Shown: one piece after another, positions 38,151 through 50,517 of the stretch
How positions within the stretch are numbered: position 1 is the first letter of the stretch
Layout: the number at the start of each line of letters is the position of its first letter
DNA from: Chiloscyllium plagiosum
Lineage: Eukaryota
NCBI RefSeq assembly: GCF_004010195.1
Contig: NC_057720.1
Location: 32,474,378-32,538,377 of the forward strand
Length of the DNA: 64,000 bases
Direction of reading: 5' to 3'
The notes under the pieces: generated by a model
What the model was told of the DNA's origin: nothing
Seen by the model: only the letters and a program-made list of their open reading frames with translations
The model's database searches: none
Made by a program: the position numbers and the translations under genes

Positions 38151-39320
38151 CCAATTGCTTCTATTTCAGATTTTATTGCAATAATCCAACCATTTCAAGT
38201 TTAATGATTTACAAGCAGTGATGCTTAAAAAGACGTTTGTTAACTTAAAGGAGAGGAATACTGAAATATTTGGAAATATTAGCAACATTGTAACATTACT
38301 ATGTTACAAAATATTCTGCGGTGCTAGGGTTGGGAGTTGCAACAATTTAAAAGGGTCTGTGAAACAGCCTCCACAGTGGACAGGGTTCACGCTATTTCTG
38401 CTGTTACATTTTAACAGGATTGTAAGAGAATCAAGTTCGGACTAAACACACGTCCGGCCGAAACTCTGTCTCCCCCCCCCCCCCAAATGGAGACAAAGGC
38501 GGGTTTGGAATAACCACCTGCTATCTACAATCCTACAATACATCCTTAAAAGACAAACAAAAGACCTTAAAAATCTTAAAGAAGACCATTCATTAGATCG
38601 ACAAAGGGGGAAAGAAATAAATTATCATAATTAATCCTATCAGTGCTGGTGGGTGGCATGATGTGTGTCCTTTAAGGTAATGTTGGACACTGGTAATGTT
38701 AACATATACACATGCTTTTGTGAAGGCGGCCAGTCAGCGTTTCCACAGCATTTCAGCCGCTTGGTAAACAAGCTTCAGGGAAGGAAAAACAGTGCAGCTG
38801 CTGGCTGCAAGGAAAATAACATTTTCTGAAATCATAGACAATGCAGACATTTATGTAAAGTTATATCGCGTCTCTCTGCTTACAAAAGCCTCCATGTCTC
38901 ACATCCATCCCCGTCTGATTCGAAATCTTTAACACACATTCACTCTTATTTTGTACTCCCTATTCCAGTTTTATGTTGTGTACGTTTTGGTGAGGAATGT
39001 TGCTCTTTTGAGTGACATGAACGTCTTAAAGGAATGCGATCTACTTTCACTTATGCGTTTGAAAACTGTAATAATTGCATTAATTGTCCCCAGCCCCATC
39101 TATTTTCCCCTTTCAGTAGCATCAATTTTTACCCCCCGGGCCAATAAAATATTCAGATCTCCCGGCATTGTAAATAGCTGGGTGCAGTTTCAGTACACGT
39201 TTCCCTCATTCATTTTCGCTCCACTTTATTAACAGCATTAGCAATGGCAGATTTCTGGACAACGTTTGTTCAGATCTAGTTGCCCATGGTTTATTTATGC
39301 AGTCTCCAGAATTCGACCAG

Positions 39321-39368
39321 GACCTCCCATGTATTTGTTGGGTTAAGGGGAGGGGGGTGTGGGGGGTC
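39321..39368. promoter_or_regulatory. Two single-mismatch GLI sites in inverted orientation
   Basis: GACCTCCCA at 39321-39329 (+) and TGGGGGGTC at 39360-39368 (GACCCCCCA on -). Confidence 0.6.
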
Positions 39369-39710
39369 CGGGTACCTCACGAGGCAATTCACGGCGTTTT
39401 ATATATACATACATACATACCTAATATAAATACACATACACAGACGTGTGTGGCTGTGTGCGTGTGAGAGAGAGCGAGAGCGGCTGTTCCCACTACTTTC
39501 ATGTTATTTTGTAAAGAGGAACTCTTTAGCGAAGTTTATTTGCAGCGATAAAGATCTTTATGTGTCCCTGTACCTTAACAGGATCGTGTTTAGCTGGCAG
39601 CTTCGCGTATCAGATTGGAAGCTTGTTTCTTTTTCGTTTTAAAAATGCTAGGGTTTGGAAAGATCCCTATGCTGAGGTCCTCGCTACCTCCCATTGATGC
39701 TTCTGCAGCT

Positions 39711-39719
39711 TGGGTGGTC
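39711..39719 (-). promoter_or_regulatory. Perfect GLI-binding consensus (GACCACCCA)
   Basis: TGGGTGGTC on +, about 480 bp upstream of the PTCH2 ATG. Patched genes are canonical direct GLI targets. Confidence 0.85.
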
Positions 39720-40191
39720 CGTCCACTTTGGTGAGCTGTTGCTTAGCAGCTAATAATAGTGGATGTTTGCTAAGTAATTTGCTTCTTCCTTAGCCAATGG
39801 GAATCCGGTCGAGAGGACTTTCCATCAACTCTTTTTGATGGGCTGGAGGCGGGTTTTTCTCTCCAAATGCTGGATGTGTGAGATCGGGGACAGAAGTGAA
39901 AGATTGAGCTGAAAAGAAGGGGGAATTTTTCTCTTTTATTTTTGCAAGTTCCGTGGTGTTAGAAGGACGGAGCAAGGGGAGCGAGAGAGGGAAAGGAAAA
40001 TAGAAAAACTACACGTGGATGTAGAGTCAAGATCCTCAAGGATTCCTGCGCGAAATGTTGGAATGGAAATATCAGACTTTCGCTCAGGAAGAGACTAGGG
40101 ATTCGCCAGCTGGTTTTCTTGTCACTTTTGGGGGATTATTCCTGTTGTTGTTGTTGTTGAACCGAACGATCCGCGACTGGTTTCCAGGGCC

Positions 40192-40332
40192 ATGGCTTCA
40201 GTCTCTCAGCCTCCCCGGAGCGATGGAGCTCAGCCCCCGAGGTACAGTCACCAAAGCCCGGCCGCTTGCTCGGATCTGCTGCGGAGACCCAGCTACTGCC
40301 ACGCTGCTTTTGCATTGAAACAGATCTCCAAG
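40192..40332 (+). CDS. PTCH2: Patched homolog 2, first coding exon
   Basis: Strong Kozak context (gggccATGG). Translates MASVSQPPRSDGAQPPRYSHQSPAACSDLLRRPSYCHAAFALKQISK, containing the Patched N-terminal motif DLLRRPSYCHAAFALKQISK. Phase-0 donor AAG|GTGCAG joins in frame to exon 2. Confidence 0.93.
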
Positions 40333-42086
40333 GTGCAGAGAAACAACAAAAAAAAGAATATTCTTACTGTTAAGTTTCTCCCTTGCAAATAGAAAACATG
40401 CATTCGTACAGTGATAACGCCAGGGCTAATTGTAGCAATAACCCTTTACAGATTCAGGCACTTTACTGGGAGATTTCTTCACTGGTTTAGAAACTGCATT
40501 TCTCCCAGGAATCATGTTTGTTTTGAAAGTATAGGGGAAAGTTGTCAGAAAAGTCTTCAGAAATGGCTTTCACTCCACAAGAGAGATAGATTTGTTGGCT
40601 GACGGTGTGTACAGCTAACAAGGCAATGCCGATGTGGGTGAGGAAGGTGCGTGGGGTTTGACTGGGGTATGTTTATTACAGAGTCTGTGTATGTGTGAGG
40701 AAGTGCACATACAGGTGTGTGCATGTGTGTATCTGGCTTACCTTGTGTGCAGTTGACCTAGAGGCTGCGATGTTGCTGCTAAGTTTGTTACTGCGATTAT
40801 TTGGCAAATTGAACGCTGAACTTGTGAAAGCCTTGGAATAATGTCAGCATTTTTTTATTGAACGAAGTGCAGGCAGTTTCTCGGGGGGGGGGGAGGCGAG
40901 GGGGGTAATGGTGGCTAATGTGTCTTGCGGGGAGAGCAACTTCTCGCTGGGGGAGAAAGGAAGGGAAAGCGAGGAGCCTGAGCATACAGGAGCTTGACAA
41001 TTCTAAAGAAGGAGACACGGGTCCAGCCAATGAGCATTGGACCAGAGTTGACGGAAGGAGAAGCCGAGAGGACACAAAAGAGGAAACATGAGAAAATGTC
41101 CTGGAGTGAAAGGCAGATTGGCAACAGCAATGAAAGGACTGGCAGACAGAAGCGAGAGAGGTGGAATGGAGGCTGAAGGAGAGCCATGAAACCAGGGGAA
41201 ATTGGAGATTTGGAAGGACGTGGTAACTGGAAAAAAGGAATGTAACGGGAGAACAGTGAAGGAAACAGAACCCGGGGACAGAACAGTAGAATGAAATGAT
41301 ACGTTATAGAAGGAAGAGAAAAAAATTGACGAGTGTAGCAGATAGGAGGGGGAAATGATGTGAATTGAATTTATTTTTCTCTCCAATGTCCACTTTGTAA
41401 GTGCTACTGAAGTTCATATCTTCTTTCTCTTAACTGTTTTCTTTCATTATTCACTTCTCAGATCTCTCTCTTCTCCCCCCCCCCCTGCTATTTTATTAGA
41501 AATAAGACAGAAGGAAACTAATTCCCTTTTATTCTATATTTATGTCTATTATCCTTCCTAATCTTTTGTTCCTTACTGTTGCCTTTTTCTTTCTGTTGTT
41601 TTTGCTCAACCATTTTCTGTTTTCTTCCCATTATCTTTGCGGTTACATCTCTCACTTTCTCTGAACCGGACTTCCTTATCCTTGCTCTCTAATATCGATC
41701 TTTCTTCCATTCCTTTAGTCTTGCTCTTTTCTCTCTTTCTGACACTCTGTCCATGTCTTTGCTTTCCATTTCAGAATTCCTGTCTACCTCTTCCCAGTTT
41801 TGCCTTCCCTCCCATCTTTTTTCCCTGTCTCATTTACCCTTAGAATTCCTAAGCAAATCTTTTCCTCTCTCCCTTTATTTCTCTCTCTTCTCCCTTTCCC
41901 TCTCACAACTATTTCCCCCTTTGCTTGTCTTGTCACTTCTCTCCCTATCCCCACATTCTTTTGCCCTTCTCTCTGCAGCCACTCTCACCTTATGTTTTCT
42001 TTTTCTGCTACCTTACCTCATCATCTCCTCTTCCCTTCATCCAATAAACCCCCTGGTCTGACACAACTCTTGTCTTTGTTCCCTAG

Positions 42087-42279
42087 GGAAAGGCAGAGGG
42101 GCGGCGGGCTCCACTCTGGCTCCGAGCCCACTTCCAGGCCCTGCTCTTCAGGTTGGGCTGCAGCATCCAGCGGCACTGTGGCAAGTTCCTCTTCATTGGG
42201 CTTTTGGTTTTTGGAGCTTTTGCTGTTGGCCTGAGGGTTGCTAGCATTGAGACCGACATCGAACAGCTTTGGGTGGAAG
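42087..42279 (+). CDS. PTCH2: Patched homolog 2, coding exon 2 (includes first transmembrane helix)
   Basis: Acceptor tgtctttgttccctag and donor G|GTAAGA give 193 nt. Translates [71 protein letters not shown] and [11 protein letters not shown] are PTCH2-type, whereas PTCH1 has IQKNCGK and LETNVEELWVE. Confidence 0.95.
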
Positions 42280-45200
42280 GTAAGACCAAGTAAAAACTAA
42301 CAAACATGTTAAGCAGAAAGAAACAAATATCCTAGTGCAAACAGACTCGATGGTCTGTATGTCTAACCCTATGATCTGAATGTCCTTGCTTACTATGATC
42401 TGCCTGTACTGCTTGCAAACAAAGCTTTTCCCTGTACTCAGGTACACGTGATGACAATAACTCAAAGCAAATAGACTGACAACATTCAGAAATTTGGAAA
42501 TGAAAGCATGTGCAAGTGACACAGGCTTTACTTTCGCAATTATGTTTTCTATCATAGTTATCTTTACTGTATTAAATTTGATCATGTATCACCTCTTTGA
42601 GAGCCTAATGCACCTAAACTTGACAGTACTTGCATTGTCTTTTATCATAAATACACAATTTGCATATTTCTATTTGCTTCAACATTATAAGCATCCTCCT
42701 CTGGCCCAGATTCAGTCCAATCTGCTTTTGCCTCTGATTAATCCTAAACATAATATGCAGGTTGTCTCTTCTAATCATTGCATCAGAATATATTGACAAC
42801 TGCTTCCAAATGTATAGCCCTTGAAATACCTTAGCCAGCCAAACTAATCACCTCACCTCCATCCTTGAGTCAATCCCAATTGTGCAAATATGATCTTTGC
42901 AAAACCAGTTACATCACTAATACACATTCAGACCAATTCCTTATTTCACTGCAGATATTGCCATGATCAACTGTAATCTTTGTTTAGTGACATATTTCCT
43001 TGATTGTTTATGATGAAGTGCTGTTATTTCAGGTTTTTCTGTTGTGCTGGTTGAATTAAAGCAACGCTTTTAAGTATTTTATTTTGGTTTGAACTGTAGA
43101 TGAGCTGAGAAAAACCAGCTGATGCAAAGTTTGCTTTCACGAGTCAACTGGTTTTATTGTTCCTCACATAGAAGCAGAGGATTGTTGGTATCTGTTCTAC
43201 ATTGCTGAATTGATGCTCTATTGGTTCCATTTACTCTTTTCTGTTCGTATTTAAGCGGCACTATCTAAAATCTCTGGACTGTGAACTTGTCCAGGATTTC
43301 TTCATGGTAAAAGACCTTGATGGGAGGAAGGGAATACATTGCAAAGTCATCTAAAAATCTGAAGTTGTAAATGTGTGAGGGCCCATAAAATGGCTTTTAA
43401 CTGGTTTGCTGTTAAAGATTCCATCTGTTGTCATTCCCACCATTATTCCTGGTTGTCGGAGTGCTCCAGATGGTGTCCTTGTTGTAGCTGTGCAAGGAAT
43501 GAATACAATGCAACAAGTGACATCAAAATGGCAGGATGAACAAGCAATCAGAAATATGAAACTTTTATCCCTTACTTTGCATATTTTTTCTTACCTGATC
43601 TGATGCCAGAGAAAGATATTTTTCATCAATTATACAACACATTATGTCCTCAAATTCTATTTCTGTTAATTTTCTATCAATAAAGACACTGAAGTTACCA
43701 TCAAGCTTTTGGTGGAATTTTGTTTCTCCGTGAAAATAATTCTTATTAAGGAGTCATTCATATCAAGTACATTGTGTTACAAAACACATTGCCAGATCAG
43801 TGAACAAGAAGATGACACAACAACCAAGCAGTCACAATACTTGTTACCAAGTTGTTATTGTTGATCTTTGCTTCAAAGAAGTCGACTTTAAAAATGGCAT
43901 CAGTATGGTTGGGCATTTCAATTTAAAAGCAGTTTTTTTTAGGGATTGAATTAATCTAATAAAATGCTAGTTGGGGAAAAAGATGATTAAAATTCTGCAA
44001 ATAGTTAACACTTCGCACTGAGACTTTATCTATTTCTGTCAGATGACCCTTAAAGTGATTTTCCATAAGTTCCAAAAACTTGTGTTTTTTTTACAGAAAT
44101 ATAATTTTAGGTATTCAAAATACCATTTTAAAATAAAAGATTAAATTCATAAGTTGAAAATTAAGTTGTACTTTCTAACTCAGTATTTCTGAGGAAAAAA
44201 AATTGGATGCGCAAACACTTCCAGGCCTCAAAGGGTTAAATCTGCTTTGAAGCAGCCATGTTCATCTTGTGTAGCACTAAGCTTCCAAACTTCATTTACA
44301 ATAACATAGTCATCTACTGGTAGAAATGTAACATAGCTTTAGACAGCAGTACTGAGTGGTTTATTGCAGGCTCCGCTTGTAGCCGTTTCAAGTAGTAAAC
44401 TGCATCTAATTTGTCTAGTTTTTTTTTAAACTGTAAAGCTACTTGTGTGTCCTTTTTCTGTCTCTCAAATCCCTTTCCTATTTTTCCGGTCTCTCCCACA
44501 CTGTGCTGTTTTTATTTTAACATTTGTATGCTAATTGCTACCTTTGACTGAGTTTTTTCTCTCTCCATGACTTTCTCCGTTCCCCTTCCTGTGTGTTATG
44601 TTTCCTGATACTCCCCCCACTCTCTTTTACAGACAGTTCAGGGCCATGTGTTTAATTCAGTTTTCACACTCCGACCCTTTCTAAGCCCTGCTTTCGATTC
44701 CCACCCCCAGCCCCGAAAATCTTCTGCTGTTTTCCTCCCAGGAGCAGATGTGGTGTGTGAAATTTACGCCATTTTGAGCTATTGACCCTGTATAGAGCTG
44801 TGTATGTATGTATGTGTGCGTGTGTGTGTGGTCCCAAACTATTCTTGGACTCCATTCAACAATAGAGGGAACCTCTCTTACGAAACCTGAATGCCATTAA
44901 AGTTTACCCACCTGTTTGCACACGAGGTTTTCACAGCAGTTGGAAAAAGAAAAAAGAGGAGACTGATGCCTCTCCTAATTCTTTTCATCTAGTTTTTTTT
45001 AAAGTGTTTTTTCTAGAAACAACACCACAGGGAAGAGCAGCTGTTCTTACTTTTATGTCCTGAAGTGCTGCATCTTTTTTTTTCATTTAATGGGCTGTGT
45101 TTGCAAGAACTGCACAAATTACAGTAAATAATGTTAACCCTTTGAGGAACATTGTAGATTTTGGTTTGTAAGTGAAATTAAAGTTTATGTTATTAAAAAC

Positions 45201-46342
45201 AAATTTTCATTTTATTTGCCTTTTATGTTTCTTGTCACTTAAAAACAGTGATGTGGGTATAGGATTAGAAAAGAAAACATGACTATTAGTTTACTGTAAC
45301 AAATAAACATTTAGGGCTTTTCCTTCTCAGTATTAATGCCTTGGAATTTTAACAACAGGAAGGTTCTCCTGAACTCTTTTATCAAAATGGTGCTTAAATT
45401 GTAAGATATGCCAACTCTTTTAGTTGTGTTGGTATTGGTTTTGTGCTGCGTAGCACTTTTGGTTTAAATAAGATTTGGTGGTTATAAAAATGCAGTTCTA
45501 GAAATTATGGTTGGCACTGTCAGTGGATGACTTTTGTCCTGCTTATCTGTTTTTCGTCTGTCTCCCATTTAATAAAAGTCACCACCAATAACTTGCACTT
45601 GTGGAGCACAAACCACCTTGCCTGTATTAAAATCAATGTCAAGCAACGTTGTTAAACATTTGTCTGTTAGAAGTAATCTTAATATTATGTGCTCTAATAT
45701 AAATGTTTAACACTCTGATTTGAATAAAGATAGCAGTACTCTTATGGAACTGAAGCAGCATTATTTTTGAAATTGTTATTTTTAAATCTTGGTTCTATGT
45801 CATCAGGCATTTATGAAACAGGTGTGATGAATTTTGTAAGTTCCCTCACCCCCTCTGCACCCACCAACATCTCTCCAGCGAGTCACTCACCTTGTACTTT
45901 GCCAGCAGACGATGCTATTGGTCTCCTCATTTCCTCAGTGCATCCACCTATAGCCATCTGTTAGTGGAGATCACTGTGAGAAAACTTGCATTCATACAGT
46001 CTTGGTCAGACTTGCAATTCCTTTCATTTTTGTTGCACTTGTGTGTTTGTGCTTATTTACAAATGTTTTTCGTTTCCAATTAAGTTACTTTTTAAAGAAC
46101 TTACATCAGCTTAAAGGCTTCAGAAGATTGATAACTTATCACATCTGTCATTTTTCATATTTCTACATATAAATTGCATTGCAGTGACTCGTAATGCAGC
46201 ATCTGATTTATTTGAGATGTATATTTTAAAGCAAAAAAAAATGAGACTTGTTTGTATTCAAGGCAATGGTGTGTAGAAAATAGATGGCAGTGAACAGAAT
46301 GTTTCTGTTAACACAAGTGGATGGTCATTATAGAAGATAACT

Positions 46343-46545
46343 AAAGGTAAAGTTGCCATAGTCCTAGTAGACCATTAAAGAGAGAGAAACAACTGGTGGT
46401 GGTTTAACCTGAGGGTCAACACATCTTAGGTGAGGTGAGAGATTGAGAAGGAGACTGCTTTATGCTAACTTCAGCCAGTGTGAGAATTGAACACACACTG
46501 TTGGTATCACTCTGTGTTGCAAACCAGCCATCCAGCCAACTTACC
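46343..46545 (-). mobile_element. Short (~200 bp) tRNA-head SINE, same family as 34410
   Basis: caactggtggtggtttaacc and aaaggtaaagt match the reverse complement of the 34.4-kb copy. Confidence 0.65.
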
Positions 46546-49500
46546 CCAGAAAATAAGTAACCACAATTACAATGCCATAAACCATACAATAAACATGAAG
46601 TGCAGTGAACTGCTTCAAAAGGTTACAACCTATGGTTTTTCCTAACCCAGGTTATATGTGCCATTAATGAAAGAGGATACTAACCAGATTGGTTAAATCA
46701 TTGTCCAATCATGATTCAGTTTTGCTCCATTTATTATTTAATGTGGTTTATCTAATTTTTTCCTGTGTAGGTTTTTCAGGTTCTTTTTCTTTGACTTTGC
46801 ATTGTCCTCTTAAACCTCTGATTTCTTTAGATAAGTTTTTGCACATGTCTTACCATGTAGCCACTATGTAGTAAATGCTATGAAAAGCTCAGGATGATTT
46901 TAGTTAATCTAAGACGTTATGCACAATGCTAAAGATTTAAGGAAACTGGAATGTCAACTTTGGTAAAACTTTCAGCAAACCAGAAACTTTTGAAGAAAAC
47001 ATATATCTATGCAAGTATTTCCAATTTAACATGAAAAGAATACAAGTAAAGATTTTGAAGAGTGGATATTTTGCATTTAAGGAACAGAGACTTGTTTTGG
47101 TGAAGCCAGAGACTCTGCTATCCCCCCCATGGCTTGTTCAAAGAGTTGCTATCTGAATCAGGTTTAAGTGGTTCACCAGCCAGTTTCTCACAAATACTGC
47201 ACTTTTCTGTTAAGCAGTGTTGAAAGGACTCTGGGCAAATCTTTGAGTTGATTACAATCTGTCTGGAAAGTAACCCATAGTTTTTGTTGAATACGTGCCC
47301 AGGAGACCTCAGTGTATTGTGTATTCCCTTGCAGTATTCACACTGCTGCACAAAGTAAGATTTCTTTTATTGAGGGCAAATATATTAAGAGAATATTAAG
47401 GAAATCTCTTGTCACTTTGGATTCCATGGAATTTCAATTTTGTTAATTTTTAAAAATGTGTGGAAATAATCTTTTATCTGAAGCCAAGGTCTTTTAATTT
47501 TGATTTGGGTTTTAATTTGAACCATTAGCAGTGCCAGGTGATGTTATAATACATGAAGAGTTATAGTAGAATTGGGGGCAAAACATAGGCAGTGGATCAA
47601 ACATTAAAATTGGTCCATTAGTCATTGTGTAGTTAAATCTACAAGCTGCATTTAAGGTAAAATTAAAGATATAGTAAGGTGATACCATAAATGATCAAAC
47701 CAAATTTGAAATTATCTGAATCACAGAATCATGCACAACTTTTTTAAACACATTGCATTCCATTCAGTTATTCAAAGTAGCACGATGAGGAGTTTGCAGA
47801 AGCATCTTTCCTGACCTTCATTGTGTGCTTGAAGCTGGTGTCATGGCGGACAGTAAAAGACAGCAATTATGGTAAATCACAAATCCTAACCAGAATATGG
47901 TTAGGATTTCTGATCAGTGTAAGAACAATGTTGTGTTCTATTTCACTACCGTACTGGAAATAGTATGAACATTACAACAGAAAATGATGGAAAGTAACAA
48001 GAGGTTAATCAAATTATAGAAAAAAATGACATGTTAACAGCTTGGACATGAGTTCTTCATCAGGACTCTGAAAAATAATTTACACCTGATATTGTCAGTT
48101 CATTTTGAATTCAGGCTTCCTGCATTTCATAATTTGTTTTAAGTGCCAGTTAGGATCATCAGACCTTTACCAATTATAGCATGTTATGTACACATAATCA
48201 TAAGAAATGAGGCTATCCAACAGTTCTGGGAAACTGGCAAAGATGTGTTGCAAATTTGGAAGAGTTACATGTCATTATTCAGCATCAATCTTAGAGACAT
48301 TCCTAATGCCATTTGACAGGTTCTTCCTAATTGGTTTCAACTAAAAGTTCACACACAAGCGTATGAGACTTTGTGAAAAGAAACCACAGTGGTTCAGTCT
48401 CTTAATTGCTCCACTAACTCTTTGGTTTATTTGCTTGGTTCTAGAGATGCTATGTTCTATCTTTATTTGAATCTTAATAAATATTTTTCGAGTATTTGGG
48501 TGCTCACTGTGTTCTAAAACTCTCAATAGCTACCCATTTGAAGTATAACAACAGGCCTGTCTTTGCCTTCTGTACTATAGGTGATCTTCACCTAGAATTT
48601 TGTATGTGAATGAGGGAACCAGCAATTAGTCTTCATATAAATACCTTTTCTAAGCAAAATTTTTTTAAAAGCACAATAATTGATTGAAATCTAATTCACT
48701 GCCTCATCATTTTTAGTCAAGTTTGTGAATAAAGGCACTTCAGTTCATTTGATCTCATCATTGGGGTCTTCTGGGAGTTGCCTGGTCATTGAACACAGTC
48801 ATAGCTTTCTGAATGATATCACCTAATAGATGTTGGAGGAAGAGAAATGTGGACTGGAATATGGGTCAGGTCTAGTAACAAGTGAGAAAGTCACTTTTGA
48901 GTCTGTTACCTGGTTGTCATTCTCAATATCTAACATTGCATAACTGAACAGCCATGCCTGTTATATTCTTACACAATACAGAGCATTATGTTTAAATTAC
49001 TCAAATGTTCTAGTTTCAGACTTACTTCTCGGCAATCTATCCAGTTGATCATTAATCTTTTCCTCTAACAGACGCTAGTTGATGGAGGTCTAGGCCATAA
49101 AAATGCCCATGGTTTATTATTACATTGAGAGTGTCACCCAGAAAGGTAACAACAAAACTTGTTGAAGGAACTTGCTGTATGTGATCTGATGGTGTATGTG
49201 TTTGCAATTGTGGAAAAGTCACAAGGGAAGTCACAAAAGGTGAACCATTCTCCAGAATGCAGAAGATCTCACTTCTTCCAGTGGAAGCTACAATTTATTT
49301 TAAATTGATATTTGTTGAATCCGAAGACCCCACAGACCTTTTAGATCTGGCTTTCTCCTGCTATTTTTAAAGTCCCAACCTTATTTCTGACAGATCTACT
49401 TTTGTGAAAAGATGAAATGGAAGCAGAATGTGATTCACACAGGTAGGAAACCCAAAATTAGCAGAGCTGTTTGAACTTAGCACTGAGTTCACATTGACCA

Positions 49501-50172
49501 TGTCTTGATTGGTACATGGGCCATCATTCACACTGTGAGAGCTACAAGTTGATAGAGTGGACATAAATGCCTTTTTAGAGTGGATATAGCTGCATAATTG
49601 TTTTAATTTTAGATTTATTAAATGTCCCACTCTTCAGCTTTGTAAGAGAAGTTGAAGGTGACAGTGACTACTTAAAAATAAACCTTTGTTGGACTGCTTT
49701 GATGGGTAGACTTAGTTTAGAGTGGAGTTGTATTTGGTTATGCAGTTTAAATAGTAGTTTTTGGGAAATTTCTCATGGGCTAACATTAAGGAATCATGAC
49801 TGTTAGGAAAACTCTACAATTATCCTAGCAGGGAATTCTGAATTCACAGTTTGATTGACATCTTAAAGAGATGATTAAAGGATTGAGTGTCATTATCGTT
49901 GCAACTGAATTGACGTTTTCTTTGATAAGAGATTAGCCACTTGTGGGGATTTGAAAACTCTTGCATAGATTTTATGAATGCGAGTTTTTAAGTGGCAAGT
50001 GTATGAATGACAACTCTATTAGATAGTTAAAAAACATTTTCTCCTCCTCATGTGGCTGCTGTGATGAATTCTTAAAATTCACTTACGTCCCGACTGGTTG
50101 GCCTTATTGCCTGTGCCTAGTTGCCCTTGAAAAGATGGTGGTGAGCTGCCTTCTTGAACTGCTGCAGTTCAA

Positions 50173-50517
50173 GGTGGCACAGTGGCTCAGTGGTTAGCAC
50201 TGCAGCCTCACAGCACCACGGACCCAGGTTCGATTCTGGACTTGGCCATCTATGTGGAGTTTGCACATTCTCCTCGTGTCTGCGTGGGTTTCCTCTGGAT
50301 GCTCCGGTTTCCTCCCACAATCCAAAGATGAGCAGATTAGGTGAATTGGCCACGCTAAATTACCAATAGTGTTCAGGGATGTATAGGTTAGGGCATTGGT
50401 CGGGGTAAATGTAGAGTAATAGGGGAATGAGTCTGGGTGAGATACTCTTCAGAGGGTCGGTGTGGACTTGCTGGGTTGAAGAGCCTGTTTCCACACTGTA
50501 GGGATTCCATGATTCTA
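50173..50517 (+). mobile_element. HE1-like V-SINE, full length, inserted in an older LINE-tail repeat
   Basis: ggtggcacagtggctcagtggttagcactgc (A box), ggttcgattc (B box), V-domain and tail. The flanks 50075-50172 and 50518-50600 resemble the 8440-8650 repeat. Confidence 0.9.

Larger units (their letters stand above)
39280..40191 (+). promoter_or_regulatory. PTCH2 proximal promoter / 5' UTR (CpG-enriched)
   Basis: CpG density is visibly higher than in the flanks. Contains CCAAT boxes (ATTGG 39614-39618, CCAAT 39794-39798) and GLI motifs, directly upstream of the ATG. The TSS cannot be determined from sequence. Confidence 0.75.

Noticed and set aside
38650..38658. GLI-like TGGGTGGCA
   Set aside because: Two mismatches to the consensus, which is expected by chance.
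40333..40392. C-terminal VQRNNKKKN... part of the 66-aa ORF at 40192
   Set aside because: It is intronic read-through beyond the donor. Patched similarity continues in exon 2.
41637..42234. Leu/Ser/Phe/Pro-rich ORFs of up to 144 aa
   Set aside because: They are products of the polypyrimidine tract. The true exon 2 is in a different frame from the 41800 ORF and is bounded by splice sites.
50173..50245. tRNA-like A/B boxes (also at 3243, 26500, 36480)
   Set aside because: They are SINE heads continuing into V-domains, not stand-alone tRNA genes.
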